Shown piece after piece: positions 7,999 through 16,741 of a stretch of 18,472 nucleotides of DNA. Within the stretch, counting starts at the first letter, position 1. Every line of letters begins with the position of its first letter. This stretch comes from Thermovirgaceae bacterium (lineage in GTDB: Bacteria; Synergistota; Synergistia; Synergistales; Thermovirgaceae), in NCBI GenBank assembly GCA_046542505.1, contig JBKHBH010000035.1, positions 1-18,472 on the forward strand, read 5' to 3'. The notes below the pieces were generated by a model. The model had not been told where the DNA came from, made no database searches, and worked only from the letters and a program-made list of their open reading frames with translations. A program made the position numbers and the translations under genes.

Positions 7999-9081
7999 AT
8001 GAAGGTGCGAAAGAAAACAGATCAAACCTGTGACGGCCGTTCAGGAAGGAAAAAGGCTGGGCATCGTGCACCGTTTTTCCCAGCTTTGCCTCCCGCTGGT
8101 GCCACAGTTTTTTGCGTGCTTCTGTCCCGCCCTTCCCCGGCGAATGCTGTTACGCCCGATTCCTTCCTTTTCCTTGATATGCCGCCCTCCTGGGGTGTCG
8201 TGATCATTACCCTTTTGCTCTTGGCCGCCTACTTTGTCCTGTTCTTTCTCATTTTCGGGATTCGCTCGGCGGTCTCGGAAAGGGGCGACACCCTGCCGGA
8301 AGCAATGCATGACCTTGCCTTCTCACCCGCAGAAGCCGGTTATCTTTTCCGGCTCGAATATGACGATGCCTGTCTCACTGCGGCCCTCATCCACCTGGGC
8401 CACCAAGGCATCCTCAGTATTTCCGATCATCATCTCGGCTGGATGATCCGCCGCGAATCCCCCTGCCCCGGAACGGTAGCCCCCGAGGAACGGTTCCTTT
8501 ACCAGAATCTTTTCCGGAAGAAACCCTCAATCCTGCTCGAACACAAGGGAAACGCCGGCTTCAGACAGGTGCGTCGCAATTTCATGAGGTTCATGAACAA
8601 TCATTATGGGCGTCGATTGTCGAAGCCCCGCATGAGCGTTTTTCTTCCCGGAGTCGTACTGGCGGCTCTTGGAGGGGCCGCCCTGGCCGCAACACCGGGC
8701 AAATCCCTCGTCCATATAGCCGCCTACGTTGGCGGCGCCGCGGTCATACTCCTCGCCGGGGCCTTCATCGTCACACGCCCGACATCCTATGCGAGGCGAG
8801 GCAATCTGGAGGCTGAAGCCCTCCGGAGTCACCTGACGGCGACGCAGATCCCGTCGGAAACCGTGAAAAAAACACTTGTACATTTTTACGCCCATCTTGC
8901 CCATGCCATCGCCCTCGACGGGGCAAGGTGGTGGATTGCACGCAATTCGGAAGCCCTTCACTCACTGGGCGCGGACCCGGCCGAGGTTGAAACTCCCTGG
9001 CACACCGACGGGCGAAACGGGCTGCCCGGACTGGTTACCCTCATCGAAAACCTGGGGAAAACATTCCGCGAAATGGACTGA
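7999..9081 (+). CDS. membrane protein resembling the C-terminal part of DUF2207 family proteins
   Basis: Three to four hydrophobic segments. 'SPAEAGYL...LTAALIHLGHQGILSI' and 'HLAHAIALD..WW' resemble DUF2207 motifs. Start codon uncertain. Confidence 0.6.
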   Translation: MKVRKKTDQTCDGRSGRKKAGHRAPFFPALPPAGATVFCVLLSRPSPANAVTPDSFLFLDMPPSWGVVIITLLLLAAYFVLFFLIFGIRSAVSERGDTLPEAMHDLAFSPAEAGYLFRLEYDDACLTAALIHLGHQGILSISDHHLGWMIRRESPCPGTVAPEERFLYQNLFRKKPSILLEHKGNAGFRQVRRNFMRFMNNHYGRRLSKPRMSVFLPGVVLAALGGAALAATPGKSLVHIAAYVGGAAVILLAGAFIVTRPTSYARRGNLEAEALRSHLTATQIPSETVKKTLVHFYAHLAHAIALDGARWWIARNSEALHSLGADPAEVETPWHTDGRNGLPGLVTLIENLGKTFREMD

Positions 9082-9137
9082 CAAGGCGGCCATTACCCAA
9101 GGAGCCTGTTCCCGGGTAATCCTTTTCTCCACTCAGG

Positions 9138-9166
9138 AAAAAACCAGAAACCCCGGCGAAACGGGG
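9138..9166 (-). terminator. probable intrinsic terminator for the M20 hydrolase gene
   Basis: Minus strand CCCCG-tttcgc-CGGGG followed by TTTCTGGTTTTTT, between convergent genes. Confidence 0.5.
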
Positions 9167-9194
9167 CCCGTTGCCGACAGGTCCTGCAAAAAAG

Positions 9195-10433
9195 CTATCG
9201 GGCAAGTTCCATCAACGTCTCAAGCAGCAGGTTGCAGCCTGTTTCCAGGTCCTCGTACCTGGTGTCTTCTTCGGGGACATGGCTCCGACCGCCGATGCTC
9301 GGTACGAAAATCATCCCCACCCGGGTCACCGTCGCCAGAAGGCACGAGTCATGCCCTGCTCCGCTGTTCATCCGTCTAAAGGGTATTCCCCGCTTTTTAG
9401 CAATGCTTTCAATAAGACCCGTTATTTCCTCCGGCAGGAAAATTGCTTTGGAGCCACCGAGAAAGCTCATTTCGGAAACGACGCCATGCCTGTATGACTC
9501 CTCTTTCAGGGTTTTCACTACCGCTTCCACAAATTTCTCGAGACTCGGCTCGTCAACATCGCGTGCATCCAGCGTAAACCGAACCTTCCCGGGAATGACA
9601 TTCGGAACGTTCGGCTCGCAGAAAATACGCCCAACCGTACCAACCGTCGTGCCAGAATGCGTTTGCCTCGCAAGATCCTCGACTCCTGCAATGACGTTGG
9701 CCGCAGCAGCCATAGGATCCTTCCGAAGTCCCATCGGAGTCGCGCCGGCGTGGTTCGCCACCCCCGATATCTCCGTCTCATAAAGCCTAAGTCCAGCGAT
9801 GGCCTCTACGATGCCCACGGAAAGTCCCTGAGAATCCAGAACCACGCTTTGTTCAACATGTAGTTCCAGCATTGCCTTGACCTCTTCCGGCCGAAGCACC
9901 TGCTGCGGGAGACCGTCTGGTTCATATCCTGCGCTTTTCGCTGCTTCGTACATGGAAACCCCGTCGGGGTCCCTGAATTTTTTCAGGTCATCCACGCCAT
10001 GCCGGCCGACCATGGCCTTGCTCCCCGCAAGGGGCAGGCTGAAATTGGATCCCTCTTCCTCCGAAAAAACAACCAGCTCCACCGGGTGTTTCAGTCTGAC
10101 GTCCTTTTCGACGATAGTCCGTATCGCCTCCAGGGCGCCGATTGTCCCGGCGAGACCGTCGAATTTCCCCCCGTGGAACACGGTGTCGATATGTGATCCC
10201 GTCATGACCGCAGGGGCATGGGAATCTTCGCCTTCTCGCCTCGCCCGAATGTTCCCGACACCGTCCACATTCACAGCCAGGCCCAGTTTCGAACACTCTT
10301 CAAGCAGATATTCCCTTGCCAGGGCATCTTCTTTCGAATAAGTAAACCTCGTGTACCCGCACCCCGGCGTCGCATTGAACTCACAGATGCTTTCGATATC
10401 CCGCCTGATCCTTTCTATATTGACGGCGAACAA
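9195..10433 (-). CDS. M20 family Zn-dependent hydrolase (N-carbamoyl-L-amino-acid amidohydrolase / allantoate amidohydrolase / beta-ureidopropionase type)
   Basis: Metal and substrate motifs GSHIDTV, GGKFDG, EEEG, ELHVEQ, NHAGATPM, NVIPG, SGAGHD, SHVPEE. Likely TTG start at 10433 after AAGGGGTG (ORF track start 10481). Confidence 0.92.
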   Translation of the reverse strand: MFAVNIERIRRDIESICEFNATPGCGYTRFTYSKEDALAREYLLEECSKLGLAVNVDGVGNIRARREGEDSHAPAVMTGSHIDTVFHGGKFDGLAGTIGALEAIRTIVEKDVRLKHPVELVVFSEEEGSNFSLPLAGSKAMVGRHGVDDLKKFRDPDGVSMYEAAKSAGYEPDGLPQQVLRPEEVKAMLELHVEQSVVLDSQGLSVGIVEAIAGLRLYETEISGVANHAGATPMGLRKDPMAAAANVIAGVEDLARQTHSGTTVGTVGRIFCEPNVPNVIPGKVRFTLDARDVDEPSLEKFVEAVVKTLKEESYRHGVVSEMSFLGGSKAIFLPEEITGLIESIAKKRGIPFRRMNSGAGHDSCLLATVTRVGMIFVPSIGGRSHVPEEDTRYEDLETGCNLLLETLMELAR

Positions 10434-10466
10434 AACAATCACCCCTTTCCGACAGCCTGTCTTCTG

Positions 10467-10475
10467 ACTATAGCA
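10467..10475 (-). promoter_or_regulatory. extended -10 element for the M20 hydrolase gene
   Basis: Minus strand TGcTATAGT about 35 nt upstream of the proposed TTG start. Confidence 0.5.
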
Positions 10476-10500
10476 AAACAATGGGATTAAGGCCTTTCCC

Positions 10501-10529
10501 TTGAAGAAACACGCGGGGTACCATATGAT
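10501..10529 (+). promoter_or_regulatory. sigma70-type promoter for csaA
   Basis: TTGAAG (10501-10506), 17-nt spacer, TATGAT (10524-10529). Confidence 0.6.
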
Positions 10530-10578
10530 GAGGCCAACAAAACGGCCGGAATGCCAGTATCTGGAGGCAGATGACAGG

Positions 10579-10938
10579 ATGCCAGGAAAAAACCTTTCTC
10601 AAAAGATCACTTTCGAGGATTTCGAAAAGGTTGATATTCGTGTGGGGAAGATCATCGATGTGGAGGATTTCTCCAGGGCTCGAACGCCATCCTACAGGGT
10701 AAAGATAGATTTCGGAGATGAAACAGGCGTTAAAAAATCGAGCCTCCAGGCAAAAAATGACTACACGAAGGAGGATATGCTCGGCCGGTACGTGATCTGC
10801 GTGGTCAATTTCGAGCCGAAAAACATCGCCGGCTTTCTGTCCGAGGTTCTCGTCCTCGGTGTGCCCCACGAGGACGGGGGCCTTTCCCTCCTCGAGCCAA
10901 GCCGCAGGCCTGTGCCGCTCGGGGCAAGGGTTTATTGA
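10579..10938 (+). CDS. csaA: CsaA / tRNA-binding OB-fold chaperone
   Basis: ITFEDFEKVDIRVGKII, YRVKIDFG, KKSS.Q, VVNFEPKNIAGFLSEVLVLG, GARVY. ATG 10579 follows GGAGG (119 aa). Confidence 0.9.
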   Translation: MPGKNLSQKITFEDFEKVDIRVGKIIDVEDFSRARTPSYRVKIDFGDETGVKKSSLQAKNDYTKEDMLGRYVICVVNFEPKNIAGFLSEVLVLGVPHEDGGLSLLEPSRRPVPLGARVY

Positions 10939-10950
10939 AACCAGGCAGAC

Positions 10951-11397
10951 TTACAGCCGGACACCGCCTTTTTTGCTTTTGTAACGCTTGATCAACGTGT
11001 TCGTCCTCACTCTTGTAATGCCTTTTTTCGAATAAACCGTTTCCAGAATAAACTTTTCAAGACCTTTCATGTCATCCACAAGGGCATGCATGTGAAGCGT
11101 GCTCGCACCAGTCATCAGGTACAGGTTTTCCACAGCATGCTCCTGGCTGAGGGCCTGGGCGACTTCGTCAAGATAGTACGGCTCCACATCTATTTCGAAA
11201 AACACTGAAACTTCCTTCCCAATGGCCGACGGGTTTATGATGATTGTGAATTCTTCTATGACTCCCTCGCGACGGAGCTTTTCCACTCTTTCCTTGATGC
11301 CCACCCTGGACAGACCGAACACTCTTCCAAGCTCCGCATAGCTTATCCTGCTGTTTTTCTGCAGCTCTTTCAGTATGCCGATATCGATATCATCCAT
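10951..11397 (-). CDS. Lrp/AsnC family transcriptional regulator
   Basis: MDDIDIGILKELQKNSRISYAELGR..GLS...ERVEKL..EGVI HTH and a C-terminal RAM domain (YLMTG). ATG 11397 follows GGAGGTG. Confidence 0.95.
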   Translation of the reverse strand: MDDIDIGILKELQKNSRISYAELGRVFGLSRVGIKERVEKLRREGVIEEFTIIINPSAIGKEVSVFFEIDVEPYYLDEVAQALSQEHAVENLYLMTGASTLHMHALVDDMKGLEKFILETVYSKKGITRVRTNTLIKRYKSKKGGVRL

Positions 11398-11435
11398 TTC
11401 GCTCGACCACCTCCCCGACATCGGGTTCTATTAAT

Positions 11436-11448
11436 AGTATTACAGAAG
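11436..11448 (-). repeat. 13-bp motif CTTCTGTAATACT, copy upstream of lrp
   Basis: Exact match to 13313-13325. Overlaps a possible -10 (TACTAT) of lrp. Confidence 0.5.
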
Positions 11449-11488
11449 GCTCTTTCTCGCATTCTCGAACAAGTGAACCGTGCCGGTT

Positions 11489-11635
11489 TTACCGGGCCAG
11501 AACGACAACGGCACTTCCCAGAAGGGCTGCCAGGCCCGGAAGCAATGCCCGGTTTCCTCCACCGTGGATACCCCAATAGAGCGATAAAAGGCCGGCCACC
11601 TGCAGACAGAAAACGAGGACTACCGATCTTTTCAT
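11489..11635 (-). CDS. 48-aa two-helix membrane microprotein (not in the ORF track)
   Basis: MKRSVVLVFCLQVAGLLSLYWGIHGGGNRALLPGLAALLGSAVVVLAR*. RBS AGGAGG overlaps the TAG of the lctP-like gene (TAGGAGGGAATCATG). Confidence 0.75.
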   Translation of the reverse strand: MKRSVVLVFCLQVAGLLSLYWGIHGGGNRALLPGLAALLGSAVVVLAR

Positions 11636-11644
11636 GATTCCCTC

Positions 11645-13159
11645 CTAAACCAGCTGTAAAAGCAACACGTTGGCAAGACCGAGCAAAAGACCCAAGAAGA
11701 GTACTTTTATCACTAATGCTTTATAAATCAGGGATTCTTCACCTTGAAGTCCAGTCGAAGAGGTTCCAAGCAAAACCTGAGTCGGTCCGACGGCACATCC
11801 CGCCGAGCCCCCTATGGACTGGACACCGCACATTGCGGTGGAATTGACATTCAAAGTCTCGGCGATGGTTTGCTGGAGAGCACCGAAGATAACGTTCGAA
11901 TTGGTATTGCTGCCTGTGATGAACGCGCCAAGTATCCCCAGAAACGGGGCAAAAAGAGGGTACGAAGGCCCCGTAAAAGAGGCGACATCGAGCGCTATCT
12001 TTTCGGTCATGCCGCTTCCCATCATTATCGTTGCCGTTGAAACAAGAAAAACAAGGCTTACAAATGTCGGCACGCACCTTTTGACGGTGATCCCAAACAC
12101 CGGGAAAAACCGCTTTTCGTGCCACAGGTTCCGCCGCCTGTAATAAAAAAGCGACAGCAGGGCACAGGAAAAAATGATCGGAGCGGGATGTCTGAGCAAT
12201 TTGACCGCCGCGAAATCCGAGACGGACTTCACGTAAAACCCCAGACCTGTTTCATAGGCCGGAAAGTCGAATGCCAGAAGTGGAATACTGACGGGCACGA
12301 ACTGAAGCCCTATGGACAAAAAAGCTATCAGAATATATGGAAGTCCTGCCTCAAGAAAACCCATTTCATTTCGGGGGGGTTCCTCCGGGCGCCTGTTATT
12401 GTTCCGCCTGTAGTATTCGAAAAATACGGCAATCCCGAGAATGGTGGAAATAAGACCTATCAGGGAAGTCACACCCAGGAAAATGACGGCGAAAAGCGAA
12501 AGCGTCACTCCTGTTCCTCCGACAAGAACATACCTCGATCCCCGACGCACCGCAGAGACGCCGCCGAAAAGCCAGAGGACCCCGAAGCCTGTGAAAAAAA
12601 GTGCTGTTATCGCATACACGCCCATCCAGAAAGCCAGGTCCCGGGCAGGAAGGCTGGTCACCAGACTGAGAGCAAAAAGGGAAGAGCCCATGGAACCAAA
12701 ACTGATTGACCAACTGTGACCTAAAAGCACGGCGGCTACAGACAGCAACGGATTGTATCCCAGCCTTACCAGAATGGGCGCCACAATCGCCACGGGAACG
12801 CCGAACCCCGCTATCCCTTGCAGGAAAGACGAAAAGAGCCATGCCATCAGAATAAAGAGAACCAAAGGATCACGAATATGATGAACCAGGTGTTCTCCTA
12901 TGACATCAACGGCTTTCAGGTCATCAACGACGTTATACAAATAGATGGCCGCGGTGATGATCAAGGCCACATACAACGCAAGGGTGATCCCCTTGGAAAC
13001 CGAAACGGCCAGTCCCATGATATCGAGGCCGAAAAATGTGACAGCTACCAGGGCGGCGGAAAGGAAAGAGGCAGCTCCCGCCTTGCCTGCGCTGGTACGG
13101 AAAAACAAAAGGAGCGAGAGGAGAACCATGATCGGGGCTATAGCCAGAAAAAACATCAT
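11645..13159 (-). CDS. L-lactate permease (LctP) family transporter, divergent subgroup
   Basis: 504 aa, very hydrophobic. GIAGFGVP and GAFITGSNTNSNVIFG.LQ correspond to LctP-family motifs. Confidence 0.82.
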   Translation of the reverse strand: MMFFLAIAPIMVLLSLLLFFRTSAGKAGAASFLSAALVAVTFFGLDIMGLAVSVSKGITLALYVALIITAAIYLYNVVDDLKAVDVIGEHLVHHIRDPLVLFILMAWLFSSFLQGIAGFGVPVAIVAPILVRLGYNPLLSVAAVLLGHSWSISFGSMGSSLFALSLVTSLPARDLAFWMGVYAITALFFTGFGVLWLFGGVSAVRRGSRYVLVGGTGVTLSLFAVIFLGVTSLIGLISTILGIAVFFEYYRRNNNRRPEEPPRNEMGFLEAGLPYILIAFLSIGLQFVPVSIPLLAFDFPAYETGLGFYVKSVSDFAAVKLLRHPAPIIFSCALLSLFYYRRRNLWHEKRFFPVFGITVKRCVPTFVSLVFLVSTATIMMGSGMTEKIALDVASFTGPSYPLFAPFLGILGAFITGSNTNSNVIFGALQQTIAETLNVNSTAMCGVQSIGGSAGCAVGPTQVLLGTSSTGLQGEESLIYKALVIKVLFLGLLLGLANVLLLQLV

Positions 13160-13312
13160 GTCCCGTCGTACCTTTCTCTAAAAATGTCATATCCACCGCT
13201 TTGGCTCAGGAAACTACCTTCTTCAAATACCGGACGCCCGCTGCTCTTTGAACAGGTATCGTTGGAAACGAATTTCTCAAGGCCTCCACGCGTTGATTGA
13301 ACGTTGAGACCA

Positions 13313-13325
13313 AGTATTACAGAAG
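13313..13325 (-). repeat. 13-bp motif CTTCTGTAATACT, copy upstream of the lctP-like gene
   Basis: Exact match to 11436-11448, inside the 206-nt intergenic gap. Confidence 0.5.
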
Positions 13326-13365
13326 ACCGTCCATGTTACACGCGTCTCTTCAAGATGCCTCGCAT

Positions 13366-14685
13366 TCATTCATCGGCTAGAACACGAGCTGCAAAGCCCG
13401 GGCTGAAAGCAGCGGCAATCGCCTTCTCACCGTCAGCAAACCGGAGACACTGGATCTTACCTTCCCTGATTACAGCCCTGATGCTGTTTTTCCTCTCGAA
13501 CACACCAATGTCATCAAGAGGGTTTTCCGAAAGGAGCAGGAAATCGGCATATTTGCCTTTTTCGATTGTCCCGGCACTTTCCCCGATTCCAAGAGCCAAC
13601 GCCGCGTTTTTCGTAGCCATGGCCATAATTTCCGCATTTGCTACTCCAAGTCTCGAAAGAGCGCGCATCTCCTTCGCGTTATCACCGTTTCGTATGCTCA
13701 TCGAGGCATCGGAACCCATTGCCATGTTCACTCCCGCTGCTCTTGCCACCTGAAGCATTCTTGCGTGGGCTTCCATGATTTTCTCCGCCTTGCCAAGAGA
13801 CTCCGGATTCGGGTATTCGCCCCTTCTTTCGAGAATCGCAGAAAAAACCCCCATCGTGGAGACAAGAGAAATTTTCTTTTCAGCCATTCTCTTTGCAGTC
13901 TCCTCATCCAGCCATGACCCGTGTTCCACCGTTGAAACACCTGCCAACACAGCATTCCTGATCCCGTCAAGGCCTTGAGCATGTGTTGCCACGGGCTTGT
14001 TATGCCGGGAAGCCTCCTCCACGATTGCTCGAGTCTCTTCTAGGGAAAAATCGACGGAATCGGGACCGTCGCCGGGTGTACTTACGCCACCTGTCGAGTA
14101 GATCTTGATAAAATCCACCCCGAGCCGGATCTTCCTTCGTACTTCTTTGATGCATTCGTCTTTACCGTCACATGTCCGGTCACCAAAGCCTTTTTCCGGA
14201 TTCTTCGGGATCCCTGCCGGAAAAGCCCTGTCCCCGTGCCCGCCAGTCATCGTAATCCCACCACCGCAGGCAAGAATCCGGGGGCCGGGGAATATCTCTT
14301 CCGCAATGGCGTCCCGAACGGCTATGTCCTCAGGGTTGTTCCAGGATACGGCACCGCAATTCCGAACTGTGGTGAAACCCGCTTCAAGGGACGCTAAAGC
14401 GCTTTTCAGCGTAGCGAGAGTCTTCGAAGACGGGGGTGTGGCAAGCTTCCAGTATGGCTCATGCGTTGCCGGATCCGGCGGAGCGGCCAGATGAACGTGG
14501 CAGTCAAACAATCCGGGTGTCAAGAAAAGACCGTGACCGGCCAAAACCGGTACGTTTTCCGGCATATCTTTCCCCTTGCTGACAAAATCTATTCTCCCGT
14601 TTCTGACACCGATACATCCGCAAAAGGGCTTTTTCCCCGTTCCATCAATGATGGTTACATCTGAAACGACAAATGCTTTATTCAT
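13366..14685 (-). CDS. amidohydrolase superfamily binuclear metallohydrolase (Xaa-Pro dipeptidase / N-acyl-amino-acid carboxypeptidase-like group)
   Basis: PGLFDCHVH, GFTTVR, GPRI, TGGHGD, IKIY.TGG (carbamylated Lys), ATHAQG, TVEHG, GSDA, GTIEKGKYAD. ATG 14685 overlaps the permease stop by 8 nt (ATGAATAA). Confidence 0.9.
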   Translation of the reverse strand: MNKAFVVSDVTIIDGTGKKPFCGCIGVRNGRIDFVSKGKDMPENVPVLAGHGLFLTPGLFDCHVHLAAPPDPATHEPYWKLATPPSSKTLATLKSALASLEAGFTTVRNCGAVSWNNPEDIAVRDAIAEEIFPGPRILACGGGITMTGGHGDRAFPAGIPKNPEKGFGDRTCDGKDECIKEVRRKIRLGVDFIKIYSTGGVSTPGDGPDSVDFSLEETRAIVEEASRHNKPVATHAQGLDGIRNAVLAGVSTVEHGSWLDEETAKRMAEKKISLVSTMGVFSAILERRGEYPNPESLGKAEKIMEAHARMLQVARAAGVNMAMGSDASMSIRNGDNAKEMRALSRLGVANAEIMAMATKNAALALGIGESAGTIEKGKYADFLLLSENPLDDIGVFERKNSIRAVIREGKIQCLRFADGEKAIAAAFSPGFAARVLADE

Positions 14686-16651
14686 GTTTTCTCGCCCCCA
14701 TCCGGAAATGTCTGACCATGAACCAGAAAACAACGAGTCCCGCAAGGGCGGCTGTGGATAAAACCCTGTGAGGGACTATAAGCAGGAAGCCCAAAGAAAA
14801 AAGGAGTAGCTGCTCGACACGAGACAGATGCTTGCCCGCATATCCCTGAGTCGCAAAGCCGAGGGCCACCACCCCGATCAGCGCCGTCAAAAAATTCACC
14901 ATGATGCGGCCCGTGGTGCCAATACCCAGAAGACTCGGGCTGTAGACAAAGAAATAGGGAAGGACAAAGGCCACTATCCCCATTTTGACTGCATTGAACC
15001 CGACCTTGAAAGGACTCGCGTCGGCGAGGCCTGCCGCCGCATAGGCGGCCAGTGCCACAGGCGGCGTAATCGGCGCCAGAGCAGCGCAAAAGAACACGAA
15101 CATGTGGGCCGCCATCGGGGTAACCCCCATGTTTACCAGACCCGGTGCGACAAGGACGGCCAGAAGGGCATATGTAGCCGGCGTCACGAGCCCCATCCCG
15201 AGGATCACAGCGGCCGCCTGGGTCAAAAGCAGGCCCACAAGCAACCGCCCTCCTGAGACAGTCACGATAATCGAACTGAGCTTGAAACCCAGCCCCGTCA
15301 TATTCAAAACGGCGATGACCACCCCGGCCGTTGCGCAGGCCGAGGAAACCACAACCATAGCCTTGGATGCCGACTTCGCAGCTTTCACGATCTTCTGCCA
15401 CGTGGGACGGCTTTCTTTTGTAAGGAACGCTGTAGCAAACAAAAGTATCGATGCATACAGGGCCGCGTCGATAGCGACAAATCTTTTTACAAGGAGAACA
15501 ACAAGCAGCACTATTGAAAAAAGCAAATGGAAGCTTCCCATGAGGGCATCCTTGATGTCCGGAAGATATTCCCTCGAAAGGCCCATGAAATTCTGTTTTG
15601 CAGATTGCGCGTGAACAGATGCGAAAAATCCGGCGTAATAAAGGAAAGCGGGTATGGCAGCGGCTTTCATGACATCAAGATAGGGAACCCCAAGGAATTC
15701 GGCCAGGATAAAGGCTGTTGCACCCATGATCGGCGGAGTGAAGGTGCCTCCCGTGGAGGCCACGGCTTCTACGGCACCCGCCCAGGCTTTCGGATAACCC
15801 ATGTTTTTCATCAACGGAATGGTTATAGAACCCGTGGACACGACATTTGCCACGGTGCTTCCCGAAATCATCGCAAAAAAACCGCTTCCAACAACTGAAA
15901 TTTTTGCAGGACCGCCGGTCATTCCGCCGGCCAGAGACATGGCAAGGCGCATGAATCCCCGGAGTCCCCCGAATGCTTCGAGAAAACTCGCAAAAAAAAT
16001 GAATCCTGCTACGTATGTTGAAGCAATGCCCAGGGTCGAGCCAAAAAGCCCCTCCGTCCCCGCGGCAATCTGACTCAGGATTCTTGACAGGGAATACCCC
16101 CGGTGAGCGATTATGTCCGGCAAGTGAGGACCGGCCACGGCGTAAACAACGCCAACGAAAACAATGATAATAAGGGTCATGCCTATGGTCCGTCTGGTCA
16201 CTTCGAGGGTGATCAGAATAACGGCCAATGCGGCCAGCTGGTCCAAAAGCCCCATTTCTTCAAGATAAAGTCTTCTCCAGCTTGAAACCAGGTGTGCGAC
16301 TGCAAGTACGCCCACGATTACGAGCGCGATATTCAGGATATACTCTGCGTTTTTGCTTCCGAGAAACCATCCTGTTCGCGAGGGGTAAATAAATACGGCC
16401 AGAGCAAAAATGATGCTCAAATGGATTGCCCTTTGTGCAAAGGCCGGCATCGGAGAGATGGCTGCCGAGTAATACGTAAAGAGCAAAAGCCCCAATGCGC
16501 AAAGCGAAAACATGAACCGAACCGCCATGTTGTCGGAGGGAAGCCCGACAGGTTCGATTTCAGCAGTATCCATCGATTCGATTTTTTCGATAATTGTAGC
16601 CATCCCGCTGTCTGCAGAGGAAATGGATAGCACATTTTTCTCGTCGTTCAA
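14678..16651 (-). CDS. TRAP transporter fused permease (4TM/12TM, TAXI-associated), second paralogue
   Basis: LEVTRR, GGPAKISV, MISGSTVANV, TIPLMK, EAVASTGGTFTPPIMGATAF, TPPVAL. Probable TTG start at 16651 after GGAGGTG. Confidence 0.93.
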   Translation of the reverse strand: MNDEKNVLSISSADSGMATIIEKIESMDTAEIEPVGLPSDNMAVRFMFSLCALGLLLFTYYSAAISPMPAFAQRAIHLSIIFALAVFIYPSRTGWFLGSKNAEYILNIALVIVGVLAVAHLVSSWRRLYLEEMGLLDQLAALAVILITLEVTRRTIGMTLIIIVFVGVVYAVAGPHLPDIIAHRGYSLSRILSQIAAGTEGLFGSTLGIASTYVAGFIFFASFLEAFGGLRGFMRLAMSLAGGMTGGPAKISVVGSGFFAMISGSTVANVVSTGSITIPLMKNMGYPKAWAGAVEAVASTGGTFTPPIMGATAFILAEFLGVPYLDVMKAAAIPAFLYYAGFFASVHAQSAKQNFMGLSREYLPDIKDALMGSFHLLFSIVLLVVLLVKRFVAIDAALYASILLFATAFLTKESRPTWQKIVKAAKSASKAMVVVSSACATAGVVIAVLNMTGLGFKLSSIIVTVSGGRLLVGLLLTQAAAVILGMGLVTPATYALLAVLVAPGLVNMGVTPMAAHMFVFFCAALAPITPPVALAAYAAAGLADASPFKVGFNAVKMGIVAFVLPYFFVYSPSLLGIGTTGRIMVNFLTALIGVVALGFATQGYAGKHLSRVEQLLLFSLGFLLIVPHRVLSTAALAGLVVFWFMVRHFRMGARKHE

Positions 16652-16688
16652 ACAATTCACCTCCAACGCCTCTTCCCAACAAAAATGC

Positions 16689-16728
16689 AAGAAAAAGCGC
16701 CGGACAGGAATCTTACCCTATCCGGCGC
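16689..16728 (-). terminator. intercistronic terminator-like hairpin between the TAXI SBP and permease genes
   Basis: Minus strand GCGCCGGATAGG-gtaagatt-CCTGTCCGGCGC (12 bp, one G.U) followed by TTTTTCTT. Confidence 0.7.
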
Positions 16729-16741
16729 AGGAGAACCGGAC

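Noticed and set aside
10501..10578. N-terminal extension of CsaA from TTG 10501
   Set aside because: That TTG is the predicted -35 box. Homology and the SD support ATG 10579.
11370..11576. 68-aa minus-strand ORF from the ORF track
   Set aside because: Overlaps lrp out of frame and lacks an SD. The 48-aa ORF at 11489-11635 explains the interval better.
13336..13365. 9-codon ORF MRGILKRRV directly after the amidohydrolase stop, as a possible leader peptide
   Set aside because: No SD, no run of a regulatory amino acid and no attenuator hairpin visible.
14682..15401. 239-aa alternative-frame ORF inside the second TRAP permease
   Set aside because: Arg/Gly/Cys-rich off-frame translation of a hydrophobic gene. 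No frameshift is needed because both neighbouring genes are intact.
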